Under the pieces are notes generated by a model, which ran no database searches, was not told the DNA's origin, and saw nothing but the letters and a program-made list of their open reading frames with translations. Below are positions 17,312 through 26,173 of a stretch of DNA of 35,707 nucleotides, piece by piece. Position numbers and translations under genes: made by a program. The stretch lies in contig JAVKIJ010000027.1 of NCBI GenBank assembly GCA_031459535.1, forward strand, positions 1-35,707. Direction: 5' to 3'. This stretch comes from Candidatus Fervidifonticultor quintus. GTDB lineage: Bacteria; Sysuimicrobiota; Sysuimicrobiia; Sysuimicrobiales; Humicultoraceae. Within the stretch, counting starts at the first letter, position 1; the number at the start of each line of letters is the position of its first letter.

Positions 17312-17344
17312 GGCGTCTGTGGGCTCTCCTCTCACGGAAACACT

Positions 17345-18115
17345 CTACCGCGATCGGCGCACGGTCACCGCCGCCGCCGACAGCACGTCGCCGGCGAGGA
17401 CCCGGCGGACGCGGCCGTCTCGGAGGCGGACTCGCAACGCGCCGTCCTGGTCTGGGCCCTCGGCAATGCCTTCGAGCACCTCGCCCGGCAGCGTCACGAC
17501 CACCGGCGCACCAGCCAGGGCGTCGCGCTCCCTCCAGACGTCGATCACGCCGGCGTCACCCGCCAGCCAAGCCGCATACCACCGGCCGAGTCGATCGAGC
17601 AGAACATCCAGCACGGCGTCCCGTTCGATGGGACGGCCGCTGGCTGCGTCCAGGGAGATGGCGCGGCTGGCGACATCGGGCGTCAGCGCTCCCGGCGGCA
17701 CGGCCACATTGACGCCTACCCCCACCACCAGCGCGTCTGCCGCGCCCTCGAGGAGGATGCCCGCGGCCTTCCTCTCGTGCACCATGACGTCGTTGGGCCA
17801 CGCGAGCGTTGCTCTGAGGCCGGCAGCGGCCTCGATCGCCTCCGCGACGGCCACGCTGGCAGCCAGGCTGAGCAAGGCGAGGGATGGACTGCCGGGCGGG
17901 CGCAGCAACACCGAGCACCACAGCCCTCCTGCCGGTGACTCCCATGACCGGCCCAAGCGGCCCCGCCCCAGCACTTGGCGGTCGGCCACGACGGTTGCCC
18001 CTTCGGCCGCGCCGACCGCCGCCAGCAACCGGCCGATGTCATTGGTGGACGTCGCCTCCCCCAGCCGGACCAACGGCCGGCCCAACCCGATTCCCGTGCG
18101 ACCGTGGCCGCTCAT
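17345..18115 (-). CDS. birA: Biotin--protein ligase (class I, no N-terminal HTH)
   Basis: STND, Q..GRGRLGR.W.SP.GGL..S, WPNDV, K.AGIL.E, G.G.N, SH3-like C-terminus. Confidence 0.92.
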   Translation of the reverse strand: MSGHGRTGIGLGRPLVRLGEATSTNDIGRLLAAVGAAEGATVVADRQVLGRGRLGRSWESPAGGLWCSVLLRPPGSPSLALLSLAASVAVAEAIEAAAGLRATLAWPNDVMVHERKAAGILLEGAADALVVGVGVNVAVPPGALTPDVASRAISLDAASGRPIERDAVLDVLLDRLGRWYAAWLAGDAGVIDVWRERDALAGAPVVVTLPGEVLEGIAEGPDQDGALRVRLRDGRVRRVLAGDVLSAAAVTVRRSR

Positions 18116-18741
18116 GCCTCGGACGCGCGCAGCGGAAAGATCGTCGCCAGCCGGATCTGCATCTGCGCGATGAGCTGGTCCAGTTGGTCGAGCCGCAAGG
18201 TGGCCGCATCCACGGTGAGCACCGGGCAGAGGTCAAAGCGGGCCACCCACTCCTCATAGCGCTCGGCGAGCTGCGCCAGATAGGCTCTGGGCATCTCCCG
18301 CTCGTAGTGGCGCGACCGCGCCCGGATGCGCTCCATGAGCAGCTCGACCGGCGCCCGCAGGTAGATGATCAGGTCGGGTGGCTTCAGGAACTCCACCATG
18401 AGGTGGAAGAGGTTGTGGTAGCATCGATAGTCGCGTTCGGTCATCAGGCCCTGCAGATACAGGTTACGGGCGAAGACCTCGGCGTCCTCATAGATCGTCC
18501 GATCCTGCACCACCGAGTGCGGCGCCCGCAGAATCTCCTGGTGATGCCCAAACCGCCGGGTCAAGAAGAAGACCTGGAGCGGAAAGCTCCAGCGGGCCAT
18601 GTCGGCGTAGAAGTCGGCGAGGTACGGGTTTTCGTCCACCACTTCGTAGTATGGCTGCCAGCCCAGGCGCTGCGCCAGCAGCGTGGTGAGGGTGGACTTC
18701 CCCGAGCCGATGTTCCCGCTCATCGCCACGAACCACTTCAC
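18112..18741 (-). CDS. dck: Deoxynucleoside kinase, Dck-like (deoxyadenosine/deoxycytidine)
   Basis: GNIGSGKS, NPYL.DFY, QDRTIYEDAEVFA; GTGA overlap with the upstream kinase. Confidence 0.85.
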   Translation of the reverse strand: MKWFVAMSGNIGSGKSTLTTLLAQRLGWQPYYEVVDENPYLADFYADMARWSFPLQVFFLTRRFGHHQEILRAPHSVVQDRTIYEDAEVFARNLYLQGLMTERDYRCYHNLFHLMVEFLKPPDLIIYLRAPVELLMERIRARSRHYEREMPRAYLAQLAERYEEWVARFDLCPVLTVDAATLRLDQLDQLIAQMQIRLATIFPLRASEA

Positions 18742-19403
18742 CGGCGCGCCTCCGCCACCGCATGGGCGATCACATCCAAACCCGCGTCCCCCCGCGGGTC
18801 CAACCGCGCGGTGTCAACGATGACCACCGGCGCCGTGTCGAACTGTTCGAAGAACGCTTCGTACGCCTCCGACAGCCGGGCCAGGTAGTCCGGCGCCAGA
18901 GCCCGTTCAAACGGCCGGCCTCGGGCTGCGATGCGCTGGATCAGCGTCTGGACGGGCGCGCGCAGGTACACGAGCGCGTCCGGAGGCGGCACCAGAGGCG
19001 CAATCAGGTCGTAGACGTTCCGGTACAGCGACAGCTCGTTCTCGTCGAGCGTGAGTTCCGCGAACAGCCGGTCCTTGGCAAACATGTAGTCGGCCACCAC
19101 GGGTCTCCCCTCGGCCAGGTAGGAGCGTATGCTCTGCTGTTGCCGGTGCCGGCTGAGCAGGAAGAACATCTGGGTCTGAAAGGCCCGTCCGCGCATGTCC
19201 TGGTAGAACGTCTGGAGAAACGGGTTGTCCTCTACCACCTCGAGCAGTAGACGGGCGTCGAAGCGGGCAGCGAGTCGCTGCGCCAGCGTCGTCTTCCCTA
19301 CACCAATCGGTCCCTCCACGGCGAGCAGCCATCCCTTCGAGGCCGGCGGGAGCAGGAGCCGCTGCTGCGCGCGCGGGCGGCGGATCTCTAGCGCCGCGTT
19401 CAC
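18738..19403 (-). CDS. dgk: Deoxynucleoside kinase, Dgk-like
   Basis: EGPIGVGKTT, NPFL..FY, AFQTQMFFL.SR, VADY..KD..FA, RGRPFE. Confidence 0.8.
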   Translation of the reverse strand: MNAALEIRRPRAQQRLLLPPASKGWLLAVEGPIGVGKTTLAQRLAARFDARLLLEVVEDNPFLQTFYQDMRGRAFQTQMFFLLSRHRQQQSIRSYLAEGRPVVADYMFAKDRLFAELTLDENELSLYRNVYDLIAPLVPPPDALVYLRAPVQTLIQRIAARGRPFERALAPDYLARLSEAYEAFFEQFDTAPVVIVDTARLDPRGDAGLDVIAHAVAEARR

Positions 19404-19780
19404 CCCAGTGCCCGGTCGGCTGCCTGCTCTCGCCTGATCTCCACCATCGCGGCCTCCAGCGGACCGCCTAGGATCACCTCGGGCTTGCGGACGCGGACTT
19501 TCACGGCGGCCACCTGCGGCAGGACCAGCACCCGGCCAGCGATCGCCTCGGCCACCGCCTCCAGGAGCGCTAGAGGCGGCCCTTCCACCACCTCCTGGGC
19601 GATGCCATACAGCCTGCGATAGTCCACCGTCTTCGACAGGTCGTCGCGGCGCCCGGCCTCACGGAGGTCCACCTCCACTTCGATGTCCACGAGGAAACGC
19701 TGCCCCCGCGCGCGCTCCGAGGGCAGCACGCCGTGCCGACCGAAGAACTTCATGCCCACCAGGGCCACACGATCGCTCAT
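19400..19780 (-). CDS. folB: Dihydroneopterin aldolase
   Basis: HGV...ER..GQ.F.VD, DDL..TVDY, LLE.VAE, V.V.KP. Confidence 0.95.
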   Translation of the reverse strand: MSDRVALVGMKFFGRHGVLPSERARGQRFLVDIEVEVDLREAGRRDDLSKTVDYRRLYGIAQEVVEGPPLALLEAVAEAIAGRVLVLPQVAAVKVRVRKPEVILGGPLEAAMVEIRREQAADRALG

Positions 19781-19823
19781 CCGACGATGACCTCGCCTCC
19801 GAGAATGCCGCCGGTCCGGCCTG

Positions 19824-20726
19824 CTACCCCATCAACTTGACCTCCAGCACTTGATCGCGCGCAAAGCGGTGCAGGCGCAGATGGGCGCGGGCCGCATCGA
19901 GCACCGCATCCAGGGGGACCAGTCCCACGATCTCGCTGTCGGCCACCTCAACCCCGAAGCGTGCCGCCTCGACCCGCACCAGGTCGAAGACACGCGCCAG
20001 CGGCGTTCGAGCATGATCCAGGACGTTGATCGTCACTTGCGCCAGGCCCGAGGCGGATCTCACACCCATGGCCTGGACATTGACCAGCCCGCCGCCAGAC
20101 TCTCGCACCGCCCTGGCGACGGCCCTGGCCACACCCACATCCGTGGTGTGCAGGTTGACGTTGTAGGCGATCAAGGGCTTCCGCGCGCCAACGACAACGG
20201 CGCCGGCCGTGGGATGCGGAGCCGGATCGCCCACATCAGGCTTCCAGGGGTCCTGCTGCATCTTCTGGGCGAGCCCCTCGTACTCGCCCTTGCGGATATC
20301 AGGAAGCCGCACCCGGTGCGGCGCCGTCGCCGCATGGGCGTAATAGTAGACCGGTACTTTCAGCTCGGCCCAGATCCGCGCACCCACGCGGCGCGCCAGG
20401 GCCACGCAATCGTCCATGGTGGTCCCCGCAATGGGGACGAACGGTATGACATCGACGGCGCCCAACCGCGGGTGCTCGCCCCGATGGACGTTCATGTCAA
20501 TCAGCGCCACCACCTGCCGCGCCATGGCCAGTACCGCCTGCTCGAGGGAGTCGGCGTCGCCGGCGAAGGTGAGCACACTGCGGTTGTGGCTGGGGTCCGA
20601 CTGGACGTTGAGCAACGTCACGCCCGGCACGTCCCGGATCGCCGCCGCGATGGCCTCGATGATGTGGGCACGGCGGCCTTCGCTAACGTTGGGCACGCAC
20701 TCGATGAGCGGAGCTGGCATGGGCAT
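19824..20726 (-). CDS. ftcD: Glutamate formiminotransferase (FT domain only)
   Basis: ECVPN.SEGR, D..HNRSV, H.GEHPR.GAVDV.PFVP, HPTAGA, GAR.PLIAYN, SEIVGLVP; about 300 aa, no cyclodeaminase domain. Confidence 0.92.
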   Translation of the reverse strand: MPMPAPLIECVPNVSEGRRAHIIEAIAAAIRDVPGVTLLNVQSDPSHNRSVLTFAGDADSLEQAVLAMARQVVALIDMNVHRGEHPRLGAVDVIPFVPIAGTTMDDCVALARRVGARIWAELKVPVYYYAHAATAPHRVRLPDIRKGEYEGLAQKMQQDPWKPDVGDPAPHPTAGAVVVGARKPLIAYNVNLHTTDVGVARAVARAVRESGGGLVNVQAMGVRSASGLAQVTINVLDHARTPLARVFDLVRVEAARFGVEVADSEIVGLVPLDAVLDAARAHLRLHRFARDQVLEVKLMG

Positions 20727-20809
20727 CGCGCCTCCAATCTGCCGTCGGCATCCTTCGTCGCGGTGGGAGGTTCTCCTCGATCGGACAGCCAATCACGTAG
20801 TCGGTGCTC

Positions 20810-21403
20810 ATGGCAGGTCTGCGCGCAGGATCGCGCTCGGTCCCGTCATCTCAACTGACACGCCTCAGCCGGCTGGTGGCGCTGGTCCTCCGTCACCGCC
20901 CCGAGGACGTCGGCGTCAGCCTGGACGCCGGCGGTTACGTGGATCTGGGCGCGCTGGCCGCCGCCCTGGCCGCTCAGCCCGGGTGGGAGTCGATCACGTC
21001 CCGGGACCTGCTGTTGCTGGCTGCGGCTGATCCGCGACGCTTCGAGGTCCGCGATGGTCGGATTCGGGCCCGCTACGGCCACACCGTGAGCGTGCTCGAG
21101 CCCGGTGAGCGGGCGGTGCCACCCGAGTGGTTGTATAGCGCCCTCCCGCCGGCCGAGCTGGCCACGGTCGCCGAGGCCGGCCTGCGGCCGGCGGGCCGAC
21201 AGCACGTGCACCTCTCGGCGACCCCCCGGGCCGCCCTGCAGGTGGGGCAACGTCATGCGTCGGACGCGGTGGTCGTGGTGGTTTTCGCCCGGCGCGCGGC
21301 AGCAGCGGGGGTCGAGTTCAGGCGCGCCGGCCCCGGGCTGTACCTGACAGGGAGCATCGCACCGGAATACCTGCTCCTCCCGGTCCGAGGGCACCCACGC
21401 TAG
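20810..21403 (+). CDS. kptA: RNA 2'-phosphotransferase KptA/Tpt1 family
   Basis: LS....LVLRH.P...G..LD.GG.V, RRF, IRA.YGH, R.HVHLS, GQRH. Confidence 0.9.
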   Translation: MAGLRAGSRSVPSSQLTRLSRLVALVLRHRPEDVGVSLDAGGYVDLGALAAALAAQPGWESITSRDLLLLAAADPRRFEVRDGRIRARYGHTVSVLEPGERAVPPEWLYSALPPAELATVAEAGLRPAGRQHVHLSATPRAALQVGQRHASDAVVVVVFARRAAAAGVEFRRAGPGLYLTGSIAPEYLLLPVRGHPR

Positions 21404-21774
21404 ACGTCGGCCGGCAGCGGGCCGTCGCCCTCCTCGATGCGGGAGAAGTGGACCACCGTGACTTCATCATCGAGCGTCACCGGCCGGCCGTAGACCTTCG
21501 AGAGGAAGTCCATGAGGTCTTCGTGGCGCCGCGACTGGGGATTGTCCCGTTCGATCTCGCGGGGCGTGACCTCGGCCAGGCGTTTGACCTCCACCCGGTC
21601 GATGACCGCCGGGAAGATCTTCCGCCTGGTCCCGAACCGCCGCCCGACCGTGATCCAGACGATCTGTCCGTCCCGATACTTGTCCAGCTTGTTGCCCAGG
21701 CGAATCGTGGCGGTCTTCCGACCCTGCCGAAGGGCGTCCGCAAACAACGACGAGTAGAAGTTCAGCGCAAACAT
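21400..21774 (-). CDS. ASCH-domain (PUA-like) protein
   Basis: GRKTATIR (ASCH GxKxxTxR motif), E...DN, L..VYG, VTVVHF. Confidence 0.85.
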   Translation of the reverse strand: MFALNFYSSLFADALRQGRKTATIRLGNKLDKYRDGQIVWITVGRRFGTRRKIFPAVIDRVEVKRLAEVTPREIERDNPQSRRHEDLMDFLSKVYGRPVTLDDEVTVVHFSRIEEGDGPLPADV

Positions 21775-21791
21775 GCCAGCGGAATCCCCTC

Positions 21792-22274
21792 TTAGTCCTT
21801 CAGGCGCTCGTCAACAAACGTGATGGTCACCTTCTCCGTGCCGCGCACCGCCTGGGCAGAGGCCAGGGTCTTGCCCTGGCTCGTCAGCGTGGCCGTCACT
21901 TGGCTGTAGTCCCTCATCTGGACCAGGATAGCCTGCGTCGCCAGGGTCGCCTCAGCCTCGAGCAACTCTCGGAGTTCCTTCTTGGGCTTCCCCGGCTTGA
22001 ACAACGCTGACTCGAAGGTGACCGCGACCGCCTTCCGCTCGCGGTCGACCTTGACATCTCTCACGAGGCCGGCGCCCACCACGTTCTCCACGAGGCTCCT
22101 GGCGATGGTCTCGGGCTCGGGCGGACGCCGCCGCGCCTCCTCGGCCCGGCGGTACTGCACGTCCCACGCGTACATGCCGGCGGTGATGACGACGATAGCG
22201 GCGACGTAGAGCAGGATTGGCAGAAGATTGATGCCGGTCTTCCGCGCAATCCCTTTCGGGCGCGTGCTGGACAC
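21792..22274 (-). CDS. Membrane-anchored hypothetical protein
   Basis: GGAGGT SD before GTG 22274; one N-terminal TM (LLPILLYVAAIVVITAGMYAW) followed by a soluble domain. Confidence 0.75.
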   Translation of the reverse strand: MSSTRPKGIARKTGINLLPILLYVAAIVVITAGMYAWDVQYRRAEEARRRPPEPETIARSLVENVVGAGLVRDVKVDRERKAVAVTFESALFKPGKPKKELRELLEAEATLATQAILVQMRDYSQVTATLTSQGKTLASAQAVRGTEKVTITFVDERLKD

Positions 22275-22305
22275 CTGACACCTCCGCTCCAAAAACCAGA
22301 GGAGT

Positions 22306-22332
22306 ATTCAACCCCTCCCGCGGACTCCCTGC
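22306..22332 (-). promoter_or_regulatory. SigH-type promoter
   Basis: GCAGGGAGT-N14-GAAT (23 nt start-to-start). Confidence 0.65.
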
Positions 22333-22342
22333 CAGGACCGGG

Positions 22343-22954
22343 TCAGGACACGAAGTGGACGCCGGCGGCGGTGGTGAGGGTACCCCGGTAGAGAAACGCG
22401 ATCTGACGTAGCGCGGCCTGGAGGTCGAAGGGTGTCAGGGCCGAGACGGCGTCTGTGGGGACCACGATCTTGTAGCCTCGCAACGCAGCGCTGCCCGCGG
22501 TGTGGAGCACGCAGATGTTCGCCACTGTGCCGCAGATGACCACGGTGCCGATGCCTGCCAGCCGCAGCTCGTGATCCAGCGATGTGCCAAAAAACCCATC
22601 ATAGCGCAGCTTGCGGATCACCCGGTCGCCGGCCGCAGGTTGCAGCGCTTCGACGATCTCCCAGCCCCAGGTTCCTTCCAGCGCGTGCTGGCCCCAGATG
22701 GGAAACTCCATGTCACCGGGCTGGTGCGAGTCCTGCGTGTAGAAGACCCGGGCTTTCCCGGCGCGGGCACGGTCCAGGAGCTGGCGGATGGCCGGCACCG
22801 TGCCCGCGGCATCGGGAACGACCAGGGCCCCGCCGGGCACAACGAAGTCGTTTTGCATGTCCACGACGATCAGCGCGGTACTGGCCGCCGGCACCGCGAC
22901 CTCGGGCTCCACGGTGTATGTCGGCACTTCAACCGTGTGGGGCATCGCGCTCAC
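22343..22954 (-). CDS. Isochorismatase-family cysteine hydrolase (nicotinamidase-like)
   Basis: VVDMQNDF, K.RYDGF.GT.L, GTVANICV (D-K-C triad). Confidence 0.9.
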   Translation of the reverse strand: MSAMPHTVEVPTYTVEPEVAVPAASTALIVVDMQNDFVVPGGALVVPDAAGTVPAIRQLLDRARAGKARVFYTQDSHQPGDMEFPIWGQHALEGTWGWEIVEALQPAAGDRVIRKLRYDGFFGTSLDHELRLAGIGTVVICGTVANICVLHTAGSAALRGYKIVVPTDAVSALTPFDLQAALRQIAFLYRGTLTTAAGVHFVS

Positions 22955-22965
22955 CGCCAGGAGGC

Positions 22966-24882
22966 CTATCCCGAGGGTGACGCCTCCGGCTTGGGCCGTA
23001 GCTGGGGCCGCGGGGCCCCGGCGCGCGGCCGGGCGTCCGGCCCCGCTGCCTCGGCCGCCGGTACGGGCGCGGCGGCGTCCTGGCGTGCCAGCGGCTCGCC
23101 CCGGAACAGCCGCTCCAGCTCTTCCGCCTCTAGGCTCTCATACTCCAGCAGGGCCCGCGCGATTCGCTCGAGCGCATCCCGATGCTCCAGAATCGCCGCA
23201 CGGGCCTTCTCGTAACACTCGTCGATGATACGGCGGACCTCTTTGTCGATCTCGTAGGCGATCTCTTCGCTGTAGTTCCGGCTCTCCACCAGGTCGCGGC
23301 CGAGGAAGACCGGCCCGTGCCGCTTGCCCAGCGACAGGGGCCCCAGTTTCTCGCTCATGCCGTACTCGGTGACCATCTTGCGGGCCAATTCCGTGGTCTG
23401 CTCGAAGTCGTTCTGAGCGCCAGTGGTGACCTCGCCAAACACGATCTCCTCGGCGACGCGCCCGCCCAGATTCGCCGTGATCCGGGCCAGGATCTCCTGC
23501 CGCGTGTAGGTGTACTTGTCCTCGGGCGGCGCGCTCATGACGTACCCCAGCGCCATGCCCCGCGGCAGGATGGTCACCTTCTGCGGCGGGTCGGCTCCGA
23601 CGATGGCCTTGCCCAGCAGCGCGTGGCCGGCCTCGTGGTAGGCAACGAGCTCGCGCTCCTTTGCCCCCAGAATCCGGCTCCGCCGCTGCGGCCCGGCGAT
23701 GACCCGGTCGATGGCCTCGTCCATCTCGCCAGCGGTGATCTTGCGCTTGTTCCGGCGCGCGGCCAGCAGGGCCGCCTCGTTGACCATGTTGGCGAGGTCG
23801 GCGCCGGAGAAGCCGGGCGTCCGCTTGGCCAGCGCGTCGAGATCGACGTCTTCGGCCACCGGCTTGCCCCGCACGTGCACACCGAGGATGGCCCGGCGGC
23901 CCTTGGTGTCCGGGTTGTCCACCACGATCCGCCGGTCGAACCGGCCCGGCCGCAGCAGGGCCGGGTCCAGGATGTCGGGGCGGTTGGTCGCGGCGATCAC
24001 GATGATCCCGCTGTTGGGATCGAAGCCATCCATCTCGACCAGGAGCTGGTTGAGGGTCTGTTCGCGTTCGTCATGCCCCCCGCCCAGCCCGGCGCCGCGC
24101 TGCCGGCCCACGGCGTCGATCTCGTCAATGAACACCAGGCAGGGCGCGCTCTTCTTGGCCTGATCGAACAGGTCCCGCACACGAGAGGCGCCCACACCCA
24201 CGAACATTTCCACGAACTCTGACCCGGAGATGGAGAAGAACGGCACACCAGCTTCGCCGGCGATCGCCTTGGCCAGCAGGGTCTTGCCTGATCCGGGGGG
24301 CCCCACCAGCAGGACGCCCCGGGGGATCTTCGCGCCCAGGGCCTGGAACTTCTTGGGGTACTTGAGGAACTCGATGACCTCCTGGAGCTCCTCCTTGGCC
24401 TCTTCCACCCCGGCCACATCGTCGAAGGTGACCTTGGGCTTGTTGTCGGTGTGCAGGCGTGCGCGGCTCTTCCCAAACGACATGGCCTGGTTGCTGCCCG
24501 ATTGCGCCTGGCGAAGCATCAGCATCCACAGGCCCACCAGCAACAGGATAGGCAGCAGCGTGGACAGGACGCTCGGCCACAGGGTGGACCGCGAACGGGG
24601 CTCAACCCTGATGGTCACACCCTTGGACCGCAGAGCCTCGATGTAGGTGTTGTCACCCTGGGGCACGTAGGTGGTGAACGGCTGGCCACTCTTGAACCGC
24701 CCGGTCACCGTGCCGTCGCCGATCTCGACCTGCGCCACCTGTCCGGCCTGCACTTGCTCGATGAAGACGTTATAGGGAATCTCCTCGCGAGGCGTGCGGC
24801 GCCACAGCTGCAGCGCAAACGGGAACGCGACCGCCAGGATCACGGCCCACACGATGAGATTTCGCAGATACCGGTTAGTCAC
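22966..24882 (-). CDS. ftsH: ATP-dependent zinc metalloprotease FtsH
   Basis: Two TMs, [41 protein letters not shown]. Confidence 0.97.
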   Translation of the reverse strand: MTNRYLRNLIVWAVILAVAFPFALQLWRRTPREEIPYNVFIEQVQAGQVAQVEIGDGTVTGRFKSGQPFTTYVPQGDNTYIEALRSKGVTIRVEPRSRSTLWPSVLSTLLPILLLVGLWMLMLRQAQSGSNQAMSFGKSRARLHTDNKPKVTFDDVAGVEEAKEELQEVIEFLKYPKKFQALGAKIPRGVLLVGPPGSGKTLLAKAIAGEAGVPFFSISGSEFVEMFVGVGASRVRDLFDQAKKSAPCLVFIDEIDAVGRQRGAGLGGGHDEREQTLNQLLVEMDGFDPNSGIIVIAATNRPDILDPALLRPGRFDRRIVVDNPDTKGRRAILGVHVRGKPVAEDVDLDALAKRTPGFSGADLANMVNEAALLAARRNKRKITAGEMDEAIDRVIAGPQRRSRILGAKERELVAYHEAGHALLGKAIVGADPPQKVTILPRGMALGYVMSAPPEDKYTYTRQEILARITANLGGRVAEEIVFGEVTTGAQNDFEQTTELARKMVTEYGMSEKLGPLSLGKRHGPVFLGRDLVESRNYSEEIAYEIDKEVRRIIDECYEKARAAILEHRDALERIARALLEYESLEAEELERLFRGEPLARQDAAAPVPAAEAAGPDARPRAGAPRPQLRPKPEASPSG

Positions 24883-24936
24883 AGACGCATCCTTCTCTCA
24901 GCGGGGGCCAGCGCCCTCCCGCACCTCTAGTCTACC

Positions 24937-26004
24937 TTACTCTATCATCCTGCGGAGCGGGCGCCTCGCTGCGCGGACCAGCAGGATCGTGGCGTCGCGT
25001 CGCCTGGCCCGCAACCCGGGCAGGTCGGCCTGCTCGCCCGGCCGGTCGCGCGCCGCCATCTCTCTCAGCCGCTCAATATGGACGAAGGCCAGCGCGCGAA
25101 TGTTCCCGCCGGCCGCGGCGAGTGCCATGTGCGTGACGCGGCGCTGCAGGCTCGCCGGCAGTCCACGAAATCCCGCCACGTCGATGGTGATCCCGCCGCC
25201 ACCGCGTCGGACAACGCGCGCGTATGCTTCGTGGGCCTGCCGCCCGAGCCACGTCGCGTCGTCCGCCACCTGGTCGGCCAGACGCCGCAACAGCGCCTTG
25301 ATACCCGGGTTATACCCTTCCAGATGCGGCAGCAAGTCCTGACGAATGCGGTTGCGCAGCGGCCGGCGGAGCCGGTTGGTGGGATCCGTCCGGTGAGGCA
25401 CGCGCTCTGAGGCGAGATACCTCAGGACTTCGGTTCGCCACACGTCGATCAACGGCCTGATGATGCGGGCCCGTCCCAGCGGGCGCACCGCCGGCATGCC
25501 GGCCAGTCCATCGGAGGCCGTACCCCGGAGCAGCCAGAGCAGCACGGTCTCGACCTGGTCGTCCGCCGTGTGCCCCACGGCGACGTGCGACGCCCTGAAC
25601 CTGCGCGCCACCCGCGCCAGAGCGTCGTAGCGCACCCACCGGGCCGCCTCCTCAAGGGTTACGCGGCGGCGCCGTGCCAGGGCGCGCGCGTTCACCCTCA
25701 TCACGGTCACCGGCAGGCCCCAGGCACGGGCCGTGCGGGCCACGAATGACGCATGAGCAGCCGCGGCCCGGTGCAGGCCATGGTTGACGTGGGCGACGTG
25801 CAGGCGCAGCCGCAACTCCGGCTGCAGCCGCCTCAGGATGTGCAGCAGCGCCATGGAGTCCGGCCCTCCCGAGACGGCCACGACCACCCGTTCGCCGCCC
25901 GAGAGCATGCCATACCGGCGCACGGTGGCGCGGACGCGCCGCAGCACCTCTGGCGGGCGAAGGTCGCTACGGACTCCCACGAGAGCACAGCGCGGCGGTC
26001 CCAT
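24937..26004 (-). CDS. tilS: tRNA(Ile)-lysidine synthase (short form)
   Basis: VAVSGGPDS, EEAAR..RY, GHTADDQVET, RPL, D.TN...RNRIR. Start is approximate. Confidence 0.93.
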   Translation of the reverse strand: MGPPRCALVGVRSDLRPPEVLRRVRATVRRYGMLSGGERVVVAVSGGPDSMALLHILRRLQPELRLRLHVAHVNHGLHRAAAAHASFVARTARAWGLPVTVMRVNARALARRRRVTLEEAARWVRYDALARVARRFRASHVAVGHTADDQVETVLLWLLRGTASDGLAGMPAVRPLGRARIIRPLIDVWRTEVLRYLASERVPHRTDPTNRLRRPLRNRIRQDLLPHLEGYNPGIKALLRRLADQVADDATWLGRQAHEAYARVVRRGGGGITIDVAGFRGLPASLQRRVTHMALAAAGGNIRALAFVHIERLREMAARDRPGEQADLPGLRARRRDATILLVRAARRPLRRMIE

Positions 26005-26027
26005 CGCGGGTACCGCCGGCCGATCGG

Positions 26028-26104
26028 TGGTGGCGGCGGGGAGACTCGAACTCCCGACTCCGCGGGTATGAGCCGCGTGCTCTGACCAACTGAGCTACGC
26101 CGCC
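26028..26104 (-). tRNA. tRNA-Met (CAU), elongator type
   Basis: Reverse complement GGCGGCGTAGCTCAGTTGGTCAGAGCACGCGGCTCATACCCGCGGAGTCGGGAGTTCGAGTCTCCCCGCCGCCACCA. G1-C72 is paired (not initiator); the GGCGG acceptor stem and CATAC loop resemble Bacillota elongator Met. Confidence 0.93.
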
Positions 26105-26117
26105 ACGGTTCGGTCCG

Positions 26118-26123
26118 ATTATA
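26118..26123 (-). promoter_or_regulatory. -10 element for tRNA-Met (and probably tilS)
   Basis: TATAAT 13 nt upstream of the tRNA, the same geometry as at tRNA-Thr. Confidence 0.65.
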
Positions 26124-26173
26124 GCGCGCGCCCCCACCTGCGTCCATGACCGCCGACACAGCCGGGCGGGCCC

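Noticed and set aside
17345-18115. BirA AWPND instead of KWPND, and GreA GDLFEN instead of GDLSEN, as signs of altered function
   Set aside because: Single substitutions; the GRGR loop and catalytic Lys of BirA and the acidic D/E pair of GreA are intact.
26028-26104. Calling the CAU tRNA initiator Met or Ile2
   Set aside because: G1-C72 is paired and the anticodon stem lacks the initiator GGG/CCC run; acceptor stem and loop resemble elongator Met.
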